Shown here: one piece after another, positions 42,133 to 54,436 of the stretch
Layout of the letters: the number at the start of each line of letters is the position of its first letter
How positions within the stretch are numbered: the first letter of the stretch is position 1
NCBI GenBank assembly: GCA_964304625.1
Contig: OZ199839.1
Span: forward strand, 5,388,898 to 5,452,897
From: Kudoa neothunni
Taxonomy: Eukaryota > Animalia > Cnidaria
Direction of reading: 5' to 3'
Length of the DNA stretch: 64,000 nt
The notes under the pieces: model-generated
Seen by the model: only the letters and a program-made list of their open reading frames with translations
Database searches by the model: none
Told to the model about the DNA's origin: nothing
Made by a program: the position numbers and the translations under genes

Positions 42133-44670
42133 AAACAATCTTTTTGCGAAAAATCCAAAACTGTCGTTTGAAAGTATCTGTGGTAGGAAATTACCTAAGA
42201 CCAATATTCCTTTTAATGAGATAATTTCCTTCTGTAAAAATCTCTGGAACGATTCAAAAATATTTAAACTTCCTAATCTTGACATCTTTTACCATAAATA
42301 CAATTGGCCTGTGAATCATTTTACAAATAAAGAGATATGGAACCGATTTAATAAAATTAATCCACATGCTGCCAATGGTCCAGCTGATATTTCTTTTTCA
42401 TCATGGAAATGATTTGCCTCAGAATTTGGTATGAACCATCTAAGAAACCTTAATGATTTATTGATAGACGTATGTCCGATTACCTTAAGTTAACAAAAAA
42501 AATCTTTCTACTTAAAGATCCCAATGGAGATATAAATAATCCATCAAAATATCGTCCAATTTCTTTAACAAATTCATTGTATAAATTATTTACTGGTCTC
42601 TTAGCTGGCCGTCTTCACGAAATTATTGGAAAATTTATTCACCCTGTACAAAAAGGTTTCCTTCAACAAGACGGAATTTTCCAACATCTTACCATTTTAA
42701 TGAATTGTATTCCAAAAGTAAATCTAAAAAAAATTGTAAACTGAACTTTTCCTTTATTGACTTTGCAAAAGCCTTTGATAATGTTCATCTGAATTATCTT
42801 TAACTAAAATTAAAGAATGTTTAAGCCCCTCGATTGCTAACCATTATGGCCCAATTTTCACAAATGCAAAAACGATTATTTATGACGAAGAACAATCTGC
42901 ATATATAATATCATTAATGATATAAGACGATGATATTTATCTCCTTTGCTCTTTATTATAGGTATAGACCAACACCTCTGGAATCTAGATTCCACCACTA
43001 ATGGTATCTCATAACTTCCACAACCACCAAATATTAAAAAACCTAGATTAAATATCTCTTGCCTATGCCGATGATTTCATCATAATTAAAAACTCTATTA
43101 CCAACATACAATCAACTATTCATTGTGTTGAAAAATGGCTTAAAGACAGTAACAGCCGAATCAACCAAAACAAATGTTTCTTTCCCATAAATTCCAAACA
43201 TCCTTCAGACCTCAAATATGGTAATTACAATATTCCAGCTTAAAATCAAAACGATAGCTATAAATACCTAGGAATAAAATTCCGCATCTCTAACTCTGGA
43301 TTTGAATCGTTCATGTCCTTATTTAATAATGAAATAACCTCCCTCTCTAAGCCTATCCTTCGATGCCCTAATCTGCACCATTCAATTAAAATAGGACTTC
43401 TTAAAATGTTTATTTTCTCCAAGTATAACCACCTCATTCGACTACATCGACTTCCTCCTCTCAATTTACATGATATAGACATCCTCTTTAGAGACCTCAT
43501 CAGATCTCTAAACCTTGCATCCATCACCAATGTCCACTTCTTCCAGTTTTTCCTCATATAGTGACCTTTGCATTCTCAATCTTCACTTCAAATCTATCCT
43601 TACCACTTTAACAACATCCTAAATGTCCTCAGCAAATGCGAACATTTCCTATTCCTCTTCGATGTTTTTCTGAAGAACCTCGCTAAATCTAGAATGGTTT
43701 CTATCCCCCACAATGCTTCCAACTCTGACATTGTTTCCCTGCTAAACTCTCCACGAACCAGCCCATTCCACAGATATTACAATCATTAATTTGCATTCAT
43801 TAACAAACACAATAGCTTCTTCCTTTCCAACTCAGGATTTATTTCCCCCAATTGTTCTGATGTTAACCCCAAATATTCTCGTCAAACTCAATCAACCAAG
43901 TCATTTCAAACATACACCTAAAGAACTGGAAAGACATTAAAATCCAATCCATTAACATCCCTCTTTCTCCAGTTAAATCAATTTCCTCTCTGTCACACTC
44001 TTCCAAACTTTCCGATCCCTGTTTTTCCTGGTGGATCACAGCCACCCTCAACCTTTATACTCTAAGATGCTCTCCACTCTCCCAGCACATCTCTCCTCTC
44101 TCTAAAATTGATGTAGAAGATGTCACTCCCAAAACGAAACCCTTGGTCATATCCTCAATAATTGTCCCTTTACCCTTTCTCTACAAAAAAACACTACGAC
44201 ATGACCTTGTCCTTAATTATATAATCAAAAAATCAAATCTTGCAAACTCCAATTTCATCATTGATAAAAACTATTCATCAACAAAATTAAGACCGGATCT
44301 AATAATTCTAAATAAAGATCCCAACTTACCAGACATACTTATCGATGTCTCAATTCCCAACCTCTTCTCCAACCCCTCACAAGCATTAACCGAATCCTAC
44401 AACTATAATATTCAAAAATACTCCCACCTTATTGACATCCACCATTCAATCCACAATAAAAACCCCATTATCCAATTCATCCCTTCATCATTGACTCTCT
44501 TGGGAACCATCATCCTAACAACTCACAAATTCTTCGTATCCTTAACATACCACCATCCAAACCAATCTTAGCCACTATTTCCCAAATAACCATCAAAGGC
44601 TCAATGAATATATACAACCAATTTATATTCTCAAACTCATCAACGCCATCAAATCCATCCTCCAACTAAT
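42133..44670 (+). pseudogene. RT, CCHC knuckle and restriction-like endonuclease of the 18S-inserted element
   Basis: ANGPAD, PSKYRPISL..LYKLF, QKGF, IDFAKAFDNV, LSPLLF, LAYADD (~43060-43075), YKYLG; CRRCHSQNETLGHILNNC from 44112; RHD...RPDLII...IDVSI...KY. Confidence 0.92.
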
Positions 44671-45699
44671 GTCAACATCCACTTCTCATCCCTCGTACCA
44701 TTCAAACTCCAATTCTCCATCCATCCTACAAAGTAAATATTTTTTATATTTTAACTTATATTTAGGTAAATACTCTCCTCTACCAAGTAATCCCGCTATC
44801 AAGAGCGAGGCCCTGGTGGGCTACAGATATAAACTTTAGTTTAGCTTAGTTTATATTTTGTCATTCTCCGTCAATTTCTTTAAATTTAGCCTTCCGTTGT
44901 GCATTCGCTCAGAAAAGAACAAATATTTTCATTTTTTAATCTAAATTGGAGTAAACCGGGATAATAATCCGAAATCGGATCGCCTTCAGGCATGCAGTTA
45001 TTATTTACGAATTGTCAAAGTAAGCATCAACTCTCCAAGAAAAAATTCACGTCTAACTTTTATTGCCTCTACACTTCTCCATAGTCGTCAATCCCCAATT
45101 TTCCAACGTCATTTTGGAAGCCAGTACGGTTCAATTGTCTCTGTCTAAAGTTCCAGGCCATGTGATTACATTACATACTCCTTAACTACCCACCAAGTGT
45201 CATGCAATAATTCCTAGATGGTGTTAAAATTTGTAGAGTATTTTCAATCTGTCGGAAACAGTAGATTCTAAGGCTACGTTCAGTATTCGCCTACTCTTCG
45301 TCGATTGTCGAGGGCATTCGAAAAAGATCGAATGATTATTTTTATGCAAAAATACTCACACTTAAAGCTATCAAAATCATTTAAGTTTTTCATTATGGTT
45401 ATTCTCGATTTTACTCTGAATATATCAAAAATTCCACCAATCGTGAGATTTTTGCTTGTTTTATACATATGTGTATGGTAAGAATATGTACATGACGGTT
45501 GGGAAGGACACAAACGATGCGAACCTATTCAGGTAAATCGTTTGCAATAAAAGATTTTATATTAAAATAGGACAATATTTGTAATTCCGAGGGTTTCTTA
45601 GTGGATAATTTTTATCTCGAATGATGCCATCATCCAAATATGACCTATGAAACTTTGAAACAACATTTGAATATGTATATATATATATATATATCAACA

Positions 45700-46200
45700 A
45701 ATTCAACAATATTGGAATTAAAGTCCATTGTGAGGAACTTAATGACTTTAAAATTTGATGAAAAATCAAGTGAAATTGAAAAAGAGGGAATAATCGTTTA
45801 AATTGATGAAATTGCCTTCTCAAGAGAAAATACGATATCGGACAGCTTTTATAGAGAATAATATTATGATCGGTGGTATCGATGAAGAAGGAGACGAATC
45901 TTAAAAATTTAAAGGATTCGAAACAGATAAGTTCTCGAAAATTTAACTTTAGATTATGTTAAATGGGGCTCCACCTTACGGACAGGCGATTGGCGTGTGG
46001 TTACAACAATTGAAAATTTTCGGCGTCGCCCATTGGACTCTCATCCATTAAGGATGGTTTTTTCTCTCTCCATATAAGTTATACAATTCGTATAGAATAT
46101 ATTTAAGGAACATTCAAGCTAAAATACCGAAATACCATTTATAAGATTCATAGAATCTAGATGACTATAATGTGACTGACTGTTTGAACCAAAATTTTAA
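45700..46200 (+). mobile_element. Highly decayed Merlin/IS1595-like remnant
   Basis: IDE...RKY, IGGIDEEG and GSTLRTGDW fragments. Confidence 0.55.
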
Positions 46201-47161
46201 AAAGAGGAATTGAGTAAAATATTTGGACATATGATTACATTTACAAATTTAGAATATATCAGACTTTCCTCGGACGCGCCAAAATTTCGTTCGAAGATTA
46301 CACGTATATTGCAATTTAGTCGATTCTTACCTTTGACTTTCCTCTTCAGGTCAAGAGCAAAGTTCTAGTTTGATGAAGAAGTGTATTTATAGTGGGAAAA
46401 CAACCACATATTTCCACATACATTCCCAAATTGTATGAATTAAGGTGCTCTCAGATACCTGTATGTTAATACAGCTTAACCAACTTCCGGAACCCCAGAC
46501 ACGTTTTCCGTAAATTGAGCGTTAGATTATGTACTATCGGCACGGATTCATATTATTCACGTTTAGAATAATTCCAATTTATATTATCTTACCGATGCTA
46601 GGAAACTGCCTCTAAAGTTTTCAGTATGATTTAGTGTACAACATTAGATAATCGGCTAACGAATCGTATAATACGTGTATCAACTTAGGGAGTTTCCTAG
46701 CTTCTCAGGAAATATTTGCGTCGTATCGAGTTTCAAAAGAAAACCCATGCCGGAAAATATAGATAACAGAAAATGTTATTTATATTTCGTCTTATCTAGA
46801 CCAAAAGTACATAAAAAATTTAGAAATCCAATCGTCCGCTATTACACAAACTTTTTAATGGCGCTGGTATATTAAATTAATACATAATATTTTATTATGG
46901 CAAAATAAAGGAATTAAGTAATACTTATAAATACAATAAATCAAATATCTTTTAATGTTTCTTATTTTAACGAGAAAAAATTAAATAACGAATAAAACTA
47001 ATTACCGTTTTGTAACACGTAGCTGAATAATTATGAATAAATTTAAAAAAAACAATACACCAGAGGTTATCATGAATAAACCATGCTTGATAAATTTATA
47101 GATTTAGACGAAATAATGGAGTCACTGATATTGATAAAGAATAATACGTGCCAGTTATTAA

Positions 47162-49212
47162 CCCTCTAATAAACTTTTGGGTAAAATTTACCCCATATTG
47201 TTGCTTACAAAGATTCCAAAAAATGTGAACATTTTTGAATTTTAATATAATGAAATTCCCGAGTAATTTTTGTAGAAAATAAGGAAATACTATGTACAGA
47301 AATTAAATCGCATGCGCGAGTGCCGCAAATCTTATGGTGAGCGATTCTAGTGATTTTATTGACGAGTTTTGTTCATCAGAGTGTTACTAATCCATCCTCA
47401 GATTAGTATTAATAACAAATACAACATCTAATGTATTAGCGACGAAATCTATCGTTGTCGCTCGGTAATTTAAAAATGGCATTCTCTTCGGCGCCCATTG
47501 CTAGTGTAACACAGAATGAATATGAAGATGTTAACGATGAAGATTATGATGTATCAATGACGATATAGATTAATTTGATATATAAAGAATCAGAAATTTT
47601 CTCGATTGCTTTTTGCTATTTTGTACTAACGAAATTTGCGATAAAATTATTTCATTTACGAATATGTATGGACGATATAGATTTGATGAAAAGTGGTATT
47701 GTATGGATCTTCTAGAATTTAAATGATATTTTGGACTTCTTGCATTAATTGCAACATAGAGATAGGTAAGAACCTATTAAAAAAAGGAAAGAAATCTACC
47801 GACGACTATTCTCTCTTAAATGATTCAAGCAACTTTCATGAGCACTCTATTTTGATGATTATCTTATTCGCGAGAAACGCAAAAAATCGACGTTCTGTCA
47901 GATCCGTGATATTTGGAATGAGCGGGTCAGTGTCAGTATATTGCCAAAATGTTATGCTCCAAGCCAAGATATCACTGTGGATGAGCAATTGGTGTCATTT
48001 CGGCAATATATACCGATGAAACGTACCAAATATGGCTTAAAGTTTTTTTTATTGGTAGACCCCATTTCCAATTGTTTCTAACATAAATATATACCTTGGC
48101 AAGAATAATTTTGAAACACTGAGACAATGTAACGTTGGTGAAAGTGTTGTCATATCTTTAACAACTCCTCTTTTCCATTCTGGGAGAAATGTTGCTGCTG
48201 ACTATTTCTTTTCTTTTTTTTCCCTTGCTGAAAAATTGTTGGGGAAAAATTAACGTTCTTAAGGACGTTACGGAAGAACAAAAAAGAAATATCGCCATGC
48301 CGCCAATCATCACCAAAAAGGACACTTCATAGCAGAATTTTCGTTTTCCGCGAAAACTATGTTTCCTACGATCCTAAAAAATCAAGAGCTGTGATTTTGC
48401 TGACAACTGGTAACACTGATAACTCCATTACTGAGGAATCCTCGAAATTCAAACCTCAAGTAATACTGAATTATAATAAAGCTAAAGGCGGGGTCGATAA
48501 TATCGACGGGATGCTAGCATTAGTTTCCGTTCGCCGTTTTACTCGAAGGTGGCCGCTTGTTGTACTCTTCAATATGGTGGATTTGTCGTTAATTAATACG
48601 TTTTCTTTGTATAAGGATATATTTTCGGATTTAAAAAAGAATAGAAGTGATTTTCTTAAAGAAATCGTCGAGCAATTATACAAACCATTATTGACAAGAA
48701 ACTCCACAAAACCTCCAATAAAAAGAAATTTCAATAATGCTTGTATCCCAAAAAAGGAACCTCCTCTTAATATAAAACAAACAAGATGTGAATACTGCGA
48801 GAGGAAAAATGACAAAAAAAACATCAAAATGATGCAAACATTGTTACAAATTTTGTTGTCCAATTCACGCATCTGAAAATTGTTTTAATTGCTCTTAGTT
48901 TACGATAATTTTTCTCGCATTTAATTTCGATGTTTTAACTGGCGCGAGATGTTTTATTCCGTTATGTTAACGCGACTCCTTTTTTTATGAAAAGTCGACG
49001 TATAACGATTTAAGACGAATCGTAAACGAAACCGATTATCACGGGATTAAGTCAAAACTTATTACGCATTTGCCGGCATTTCGCCCATAGGAATTAATTA
49101 TTCAACAATATTGATATTAGATTTTTTTTAATGTTATAATTCAAAAAAAATGTAGAGTAAAATTTACCCCAAAGTCCGTTACACGTTCATCGTTTTTGGG
49201 ATCATAAAAGGG
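47162..49212 (+). mobile_element. piggyBac element with decayed transposase
   Basis: TTAA-CCCT...AGGG-TTAA ends; subterminal gtaaaatttacccc repeats; TVDEQL, YNKAKGGVDNID, RRWP, RCEYC. Confidence 0.92.
47382..47511. mobile_element. Solo LTR (~130 bp) inside the piggyBac
   Basis: TGTTAC...GTAACA ends; TSD cagag/cagaa; inverted copy at 54437-54563. Confidence 0.8.
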
Positions 49213-50015
49213 TTAAAAATGCATAAAATATAAATTTTGCAATAGTGTTACTAATTATTAATCAAAATATATTCCTAAAAATTACAAATATGGATTTAAT
49301 GGAGCAAATATTATAAAAACATTATTATGGAGATCAAAACATCACCAACAATATTTACACATTTAATAAAGTAGGTAGTTCCTATTTGAAAAGTTAAATC
49401 TATTTTATAATCTCAATATGGTGCAAAGTTCGGTTATTACAGAATAATTTTACATTAAAGTATAAAAAATTTGAAACCAATTACTCTAAAAACTAAAAAT
49501 TAATAAACTTTAAAAAATATTTAAATAAACTGCAAATCTAATTCATTCCATTAAATAGAAACGTCGGAATATGTATACAAAATTCGTATGAAAACAAAAA
49601 AATTACGACAAGTTTTAGAAAATATTGAAATTTAAAATATTTTTAATTAATAACACGTTTAAAGGAAACAAAGTCATCATCAGATACTAAATCTTAACAA
49701 AAAAGTGAATATATTTATACATAGAATTTAAAAATATAACACAAAAATACAATTCTAGCATATTTCCTCAAAAAATCGAATAAAGCAATGTCGATATTTT
49801 TGAACACCTTATTCGTACATTTTGGATCGATTATAAAATAATTTTTTACGCTAATTTAATTAACGAATCTATTTACTATGAGGATTTTTTACAAAACTTT
49901 GAAATAAACTTTATAAAAATTGTTTAAAAACATTATTATAATCATGAATTTTTACAATTAATCATAAAATTTATCCAAACAAAACAATTCTGGAATTTTA
50001 ATCGGGTTTTATTAA

Positions 50016-52920
50016 CCCTTCCGGGACGAAGCGGGGTAGTTCGTGCACCCCAATGTATGTATTTGCTGAAATTTTCCTCTTAAAATTTTAAAGAACCATA
50101 TTTGGCTTCGGGTAATCTTCCAACATAATTAATGCTTCGTATATATTAGAAAACGTTTTTATATCCTTTAAATTCAACGTAGATAAGGCATCTTCAAATT
50201 TGAAGTTATTTATTTTCGTGTTAATAATACTTGCTAATTCTTTTAAATAATATTGTTATTATAAAAAAAATAACAACAAATATCCTAAAAGATTTTAGAA
50301 TATAAATAAAAGGCGAAGGAGCCCAATAACAGTCAGTCCTTAATTGTCACCGACGGAGCCCGATGGATTATTGTATTAATATGAGATTATCCAGAAAGTC
50401 GCGCGAATCACGTTTTAATCATTCAGGTTTGTAAGTGTATGCCGATTTATAAAAAATGTTGCAAAAACTTAATATTTCTACAGAAAAAATGTCATACGAA
50501 GATAATTCAGATGATCTCATCAGCGATTTTGTCGGTGAAGAAGCATACGTTGATAGTGACAGATTTTGAAGGTCATTTATCAGATGAATCATTTTATGAG
50601 GATTGTGTGGAATATCCTGAGGACTCGGAGAATCAAAAAATGAACGATGACGACAATGATGGGAACCCAATTGAAATATCGACGTCTAAATCAGGATTTC
50701 AGTGGGAGTGTGGTCTAAAATCCAGGACACGCACCAATTTCCACAATTTTGTTAATGTTAATTCTGGCCCTATCGGTGGCGCAAGCAATATCTCTGATAT
50801 TTTATCATCGTTCATGCTATTTTTTTCTAATTTTGTGTTAGAAAAAATATTATTCTATACGAATAAATTTCGGCAATCCATTGATCGCTATAACAGCATG
50901 AATGCAATAACAATGGAGGAATTGATGGCTTTTCTGGGTGTTTTGATTGCAGCTGGACGTGGTAATGGATCTAGAGTATCGTTGAGAAACATTTGGGAAA
51001 TGAATCCGTTATTTAAGCAAGCATTCTTCTCAGCCGCTATTTCGAGAGATAGATTCAGTCTTATTTACCGAACCATTTGTTTCGATGACAGGTCAACAAG
51101 AGCGTCATGGTTTTACACTTCTCGAGATAAATTTGAACCAATTCGTGAGATTTTTGAACAAATTGACGAAGCATTCAAAAAAAACTATACGCCTGGTACG
51201 CATATAACGGTTGATGAGCGAATGGTAGGTTTCCGTGGCAGATGCCCCTTTCGAGTTTATATAAAAAGTAAGTCTGTCCGGGTTGGCATGAAATTGTGGG
51301 TTGCCGCTGACGTTAATACGTCATATTTACTGAACGTTCAGCCATACACCAGAAAAATTGGAAACGTCAAAGAAAGTAAGCAAGGTGAAAGGGTTGTCAA
51401 GGATCTCATGAGTCCGTTTTATGGTAGTGGACGAGGATTGACCACCGACAACTTTTTCACCTCCGTTCCTTTGGCGTTATTTTTGTTGGAGAGAAATATA
51501 ACTTTGACTGGGACGTTTAGAAAAAATAACAGATATATTCCTGAAATCCTCCGAAACAACGCTAATCATAATGAACTCTCCTCAACTTTTTGTTTCTCTG
51601 ACGACTTGACAATTGTGTCGTATGTTCCAAAGAAGAATCGTAATGTTTTTCTGTTATCCACGGAATATCACGATAGCTCGGTTGAACAATCAGAAAGAAG
51701 ACGGCCTGAGATTATTGTTCATTACAATAAGACGAAGGGAGGTGTTGATAACGGTGACCGGATGACCCAACTCTATACCTGTTCGCGAACAACAAGAGGA
51801 TGGCCCTTAAAAATGTTTATGGACCTGATTGACATGTCGGCGTTGAATGCTTACATAATTTGGGTGTCAAACAATCCAGATTGGCGATCAACTGATCGAA
51901 GTCGCAGGCAGTATTTTCTTCGTGAATTGGCGACCGAACTCATCAAACCCAATGTTTTGCTTCGACAAACGTTAAACAATTTTTATCATGCACGTCTCAA
52001 ATCTGGATTCGATATATTTAATAACCACGTAGGAAATAATGAATTATCCACTTTGAACAACGAAATTTCAACGGGATCTCATTCAAGATGTGTCCACTGC
52101 CCTAGAACTATTGACCGGAAGACTAGAATTTTTTGCAGTGTATGCAAAAAACCTGTATGTCGGTCACATCGTGTTCAAAAAAGTGTTGTGCAATGTTCAC
52201 ATTGCAATTTAAATCCGAATTGATAAATTATTACATCATATAATACAACATATTTTGTTACATATAGAAATTGGTCGTATCTATGAACAATAATTAGTTT
52301 CTCACAGTTTATACTATAAACACTACTTTAGGAATTTTGTTGAAAATTTACTCAGAAAAAATAACATGTAATGGCTGTTAACCTGTAAATTTATAATCAG
52401 TTTATTTTATTTTAAAAAATGTATTTTTGATATTAAAATTTATTTATACCGGGATAACACAAATTTGAAGTTAGTTTATTAAGATTGATTGCTTCAAATC
52501 GCTTCCCGGCTAGTTTAATCCTCGGCATAATTATAAGATTAACGAGTATCGTCGGATAATCTCATAACGATGCTGCCGTCGGCCGTTTCGTGAAAATAGT
52601 AGAAACTCACTAAAAATTAGCATTAAGTTTTCAATAAATTTATACATGCCCATTTTATCACATAATCTATATTTCTGGTAAGTATAATGTTTTGCCGTGC
52701 CTTTTTTATGGAAATACCTATTATTAATCACTTGTATTTTTCTTCTAAATCATTTAATTATTTTCACTTCCAAGGTCGTTTTATTCAAATTTATATGATT
52801 GTTAACCATTTGAAATAATAAATCTTATCAAATAAGCGCAGCAACATTGAGAATCTCTGGGGTAAGTGAACTACCCCCACCGGCACCCGCGTAAGTTTTT
52901 TGAGTTCCGGCTTCCGAGGG
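50016..52920 (+). mobile_element. Near-intact piggyBac transposon (2905 bp)
   Basis: TTAA TSDs at 50012-50015 and 52921-52924; CCCT..AGGG ends; subterminal ggggtagttc / gaactacccc inverted repeats. Confidence 0.95.
50439..52223 (+). CDS. piggyBac transposase (PGBD4-like), 594-aa ORF; true start uncertain
   Basis: Catalytic TVDERM, TTDNFF and GVDNGD; C-terminal Cys-rich RCVHC...CSVCKKPVCRSH...CSHC. Confidence 0.9.
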   Translation: MPIYKKCCKNLIFLQKKCHTKIIQMISSAILSVKKHTLIVTDFEGHLSDESFYEDCVEYPEDSENQKMNDDDNDGNPIEISTSKSGFQWECGLKSRTRTNFHNFVNVNSGPIGGASNISDILSSFMLFFSNFVLEKILFYTNKFRQSIDRYNSMNAITMEELMAFLGVLIAAGRGNGSRVSLRNIWEMNPLFKQAFFSAAISRDRFSLIYRTICFDDRSTRASWFYTSRDKFEPIREIFEQIDEAFKKNYTPGTHITVDERMVGFRGRCPFRVYIKSKSVRVGMKLWVAADVNTSYLLNVQPYTRKIGNVKESKQGERVVKDLMSPFYGSGRGLTTDNFFTSVPLALFLLERNITLTGTFRKNNRYIPEILRNNANHNELSSTFCFSDDLTIVSYVPKKNRNVFLLSTEYHDSSVEQSERRRPEIIVHYNKTKGGVDNGDRMTQLYTCSRTTRGWPLKMFMDLIDMSALNAYIIWVSNNPDWRSTDRSRRQYFLRELATELIKPNVLLRQTLNNFYHARLKSGFDIFNNHVGNNELSTLNNEISTGSHSRCVHCPRTIDRKTRIFCSVCKKPVCRSHRVQKSVVQCSHCNLNPN

Positions 52921-54436
52921 TTAAATGAAAATATTATCCGGTTGTTAATAAACTTAATTTACATTAAAGATTAGTTAGAAAATGATAACGTTAAAAAATA
53001 TCATATAGCTAAACGACAAACAAAACGAACATAAATAGTCTAATTATACAAACAATTTTTAAATGACATCTCTTTTTAAATAAGAATAATACCGCGTGCC
53101 AATGGACAACACATAATTTTTCATATTTATTAGAAATAAAATTAATAAACACCAATTAAATATATTAAATATTAGGATTTTTAAATAAAAGTTATTTAAG
53201 GGCATACTTAAAGATAATCAATTCTCAATATCGAGAAAATCCCTAAAAGTGAAATACATCAAATGCCACGTAAGAATATGAAATTACATCAATTCAATAA
53301 TTATAATGTAAACACAAGACCAATAGAATTATTAATTGTTTTGAAAGACTTCCTATTATTGATTAATAATCCCAATAAATAAAGATGGGATCATATTTTT
53401 TTATTCTCAATTAAAATTAACCACACAAACAATGGAGAAAGTTTAAATAGGGTGCAATAGAAATAGTTTGAATTAAAAAAGATTAATGAAAGAAAAACAT
53501 TTTTACAGTTAAAAATCACTCAGTTTTAGAAAATATGTTATTGTGATTAAAACAGATTATTCCTACAATAAAACACGTGTAGCATTAAAATGTGTCCAGC
53601 AAAGTTATTTAAATTTTGATAATTTATTTAAAAATTGTTCAAAATAAAATCTAGAATCAACAAATTTGTATTAATTAACATTATATTATAATATTATCCC
53701 AGATGTAACTATTAAAGAAAACATGCAATAATTATTAAAGATATCTGAAAAAATCTGTCAAAAACACTCAAATAAACAATTAACGAAATACATACATTAG
53801 ACTAATTTATTTAAAAATAAATAATCAACAACATATCTTAATATACCCGAAAAATTATTCAAAGAATAAGCCAGCAATATATTATTTCATTAGACAAATA
53901 TGTATTCAAAAGATTACGTCATATTAATAGTTATGAATTAAGAAATAACACTAGTTATGTGAATAAAAAGTTATATTAACTATCGCTAACGATTATTGTA
54001 ATCGTTAAATTACACGTAGTGTTATAAGCAATGTATGTTGCAATAGCGATTAATAATAAATAAGTATCAGAAATAAAATAATTACTAGAAGCGATTGGAT
54101 ACTTTCTGATTCTAATTACTCCTTTCCATAGAAGGACAAAGCGACATCATGTTCATGGTACGCAAGCGTGTAACCGATTATCCCCGATGATTATCCCAGA
54201 GAGAATACATTATAGATATAACTCTTAATGATAAGGAATGGTTTTATTGTGTGTAAAATATGTAAAACATATTGTTCTACTTATTTAAATAAGAATATTT
54301 AATATATAAAGCAAAACAGACCCACCAACGAAGATATTCCGGAAGGTGTCGGTGAACATTGCCAACGGTCGATTTAACATTTAAAATAACTGCTAATGTA
54401 ACTGAAATATGAATTATAATTAATTTTTATTATTAC

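Larger units (their letters stand above)
37846..44889 (+). mobile_element. RLE-type non-LTR retrotransposon (R2/NeSL/Utopia-like) inserted antisense in 18S rDNA; decayed, with nested insertions
   Basis: Left junction 18S-rc ...ggtggtgc|gcatct; expected continuation ccttccgt at 44890-44897; zinc fingers, RT, CCHC knuckle and RLE in order on the + strand. Confidence 0.9.
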
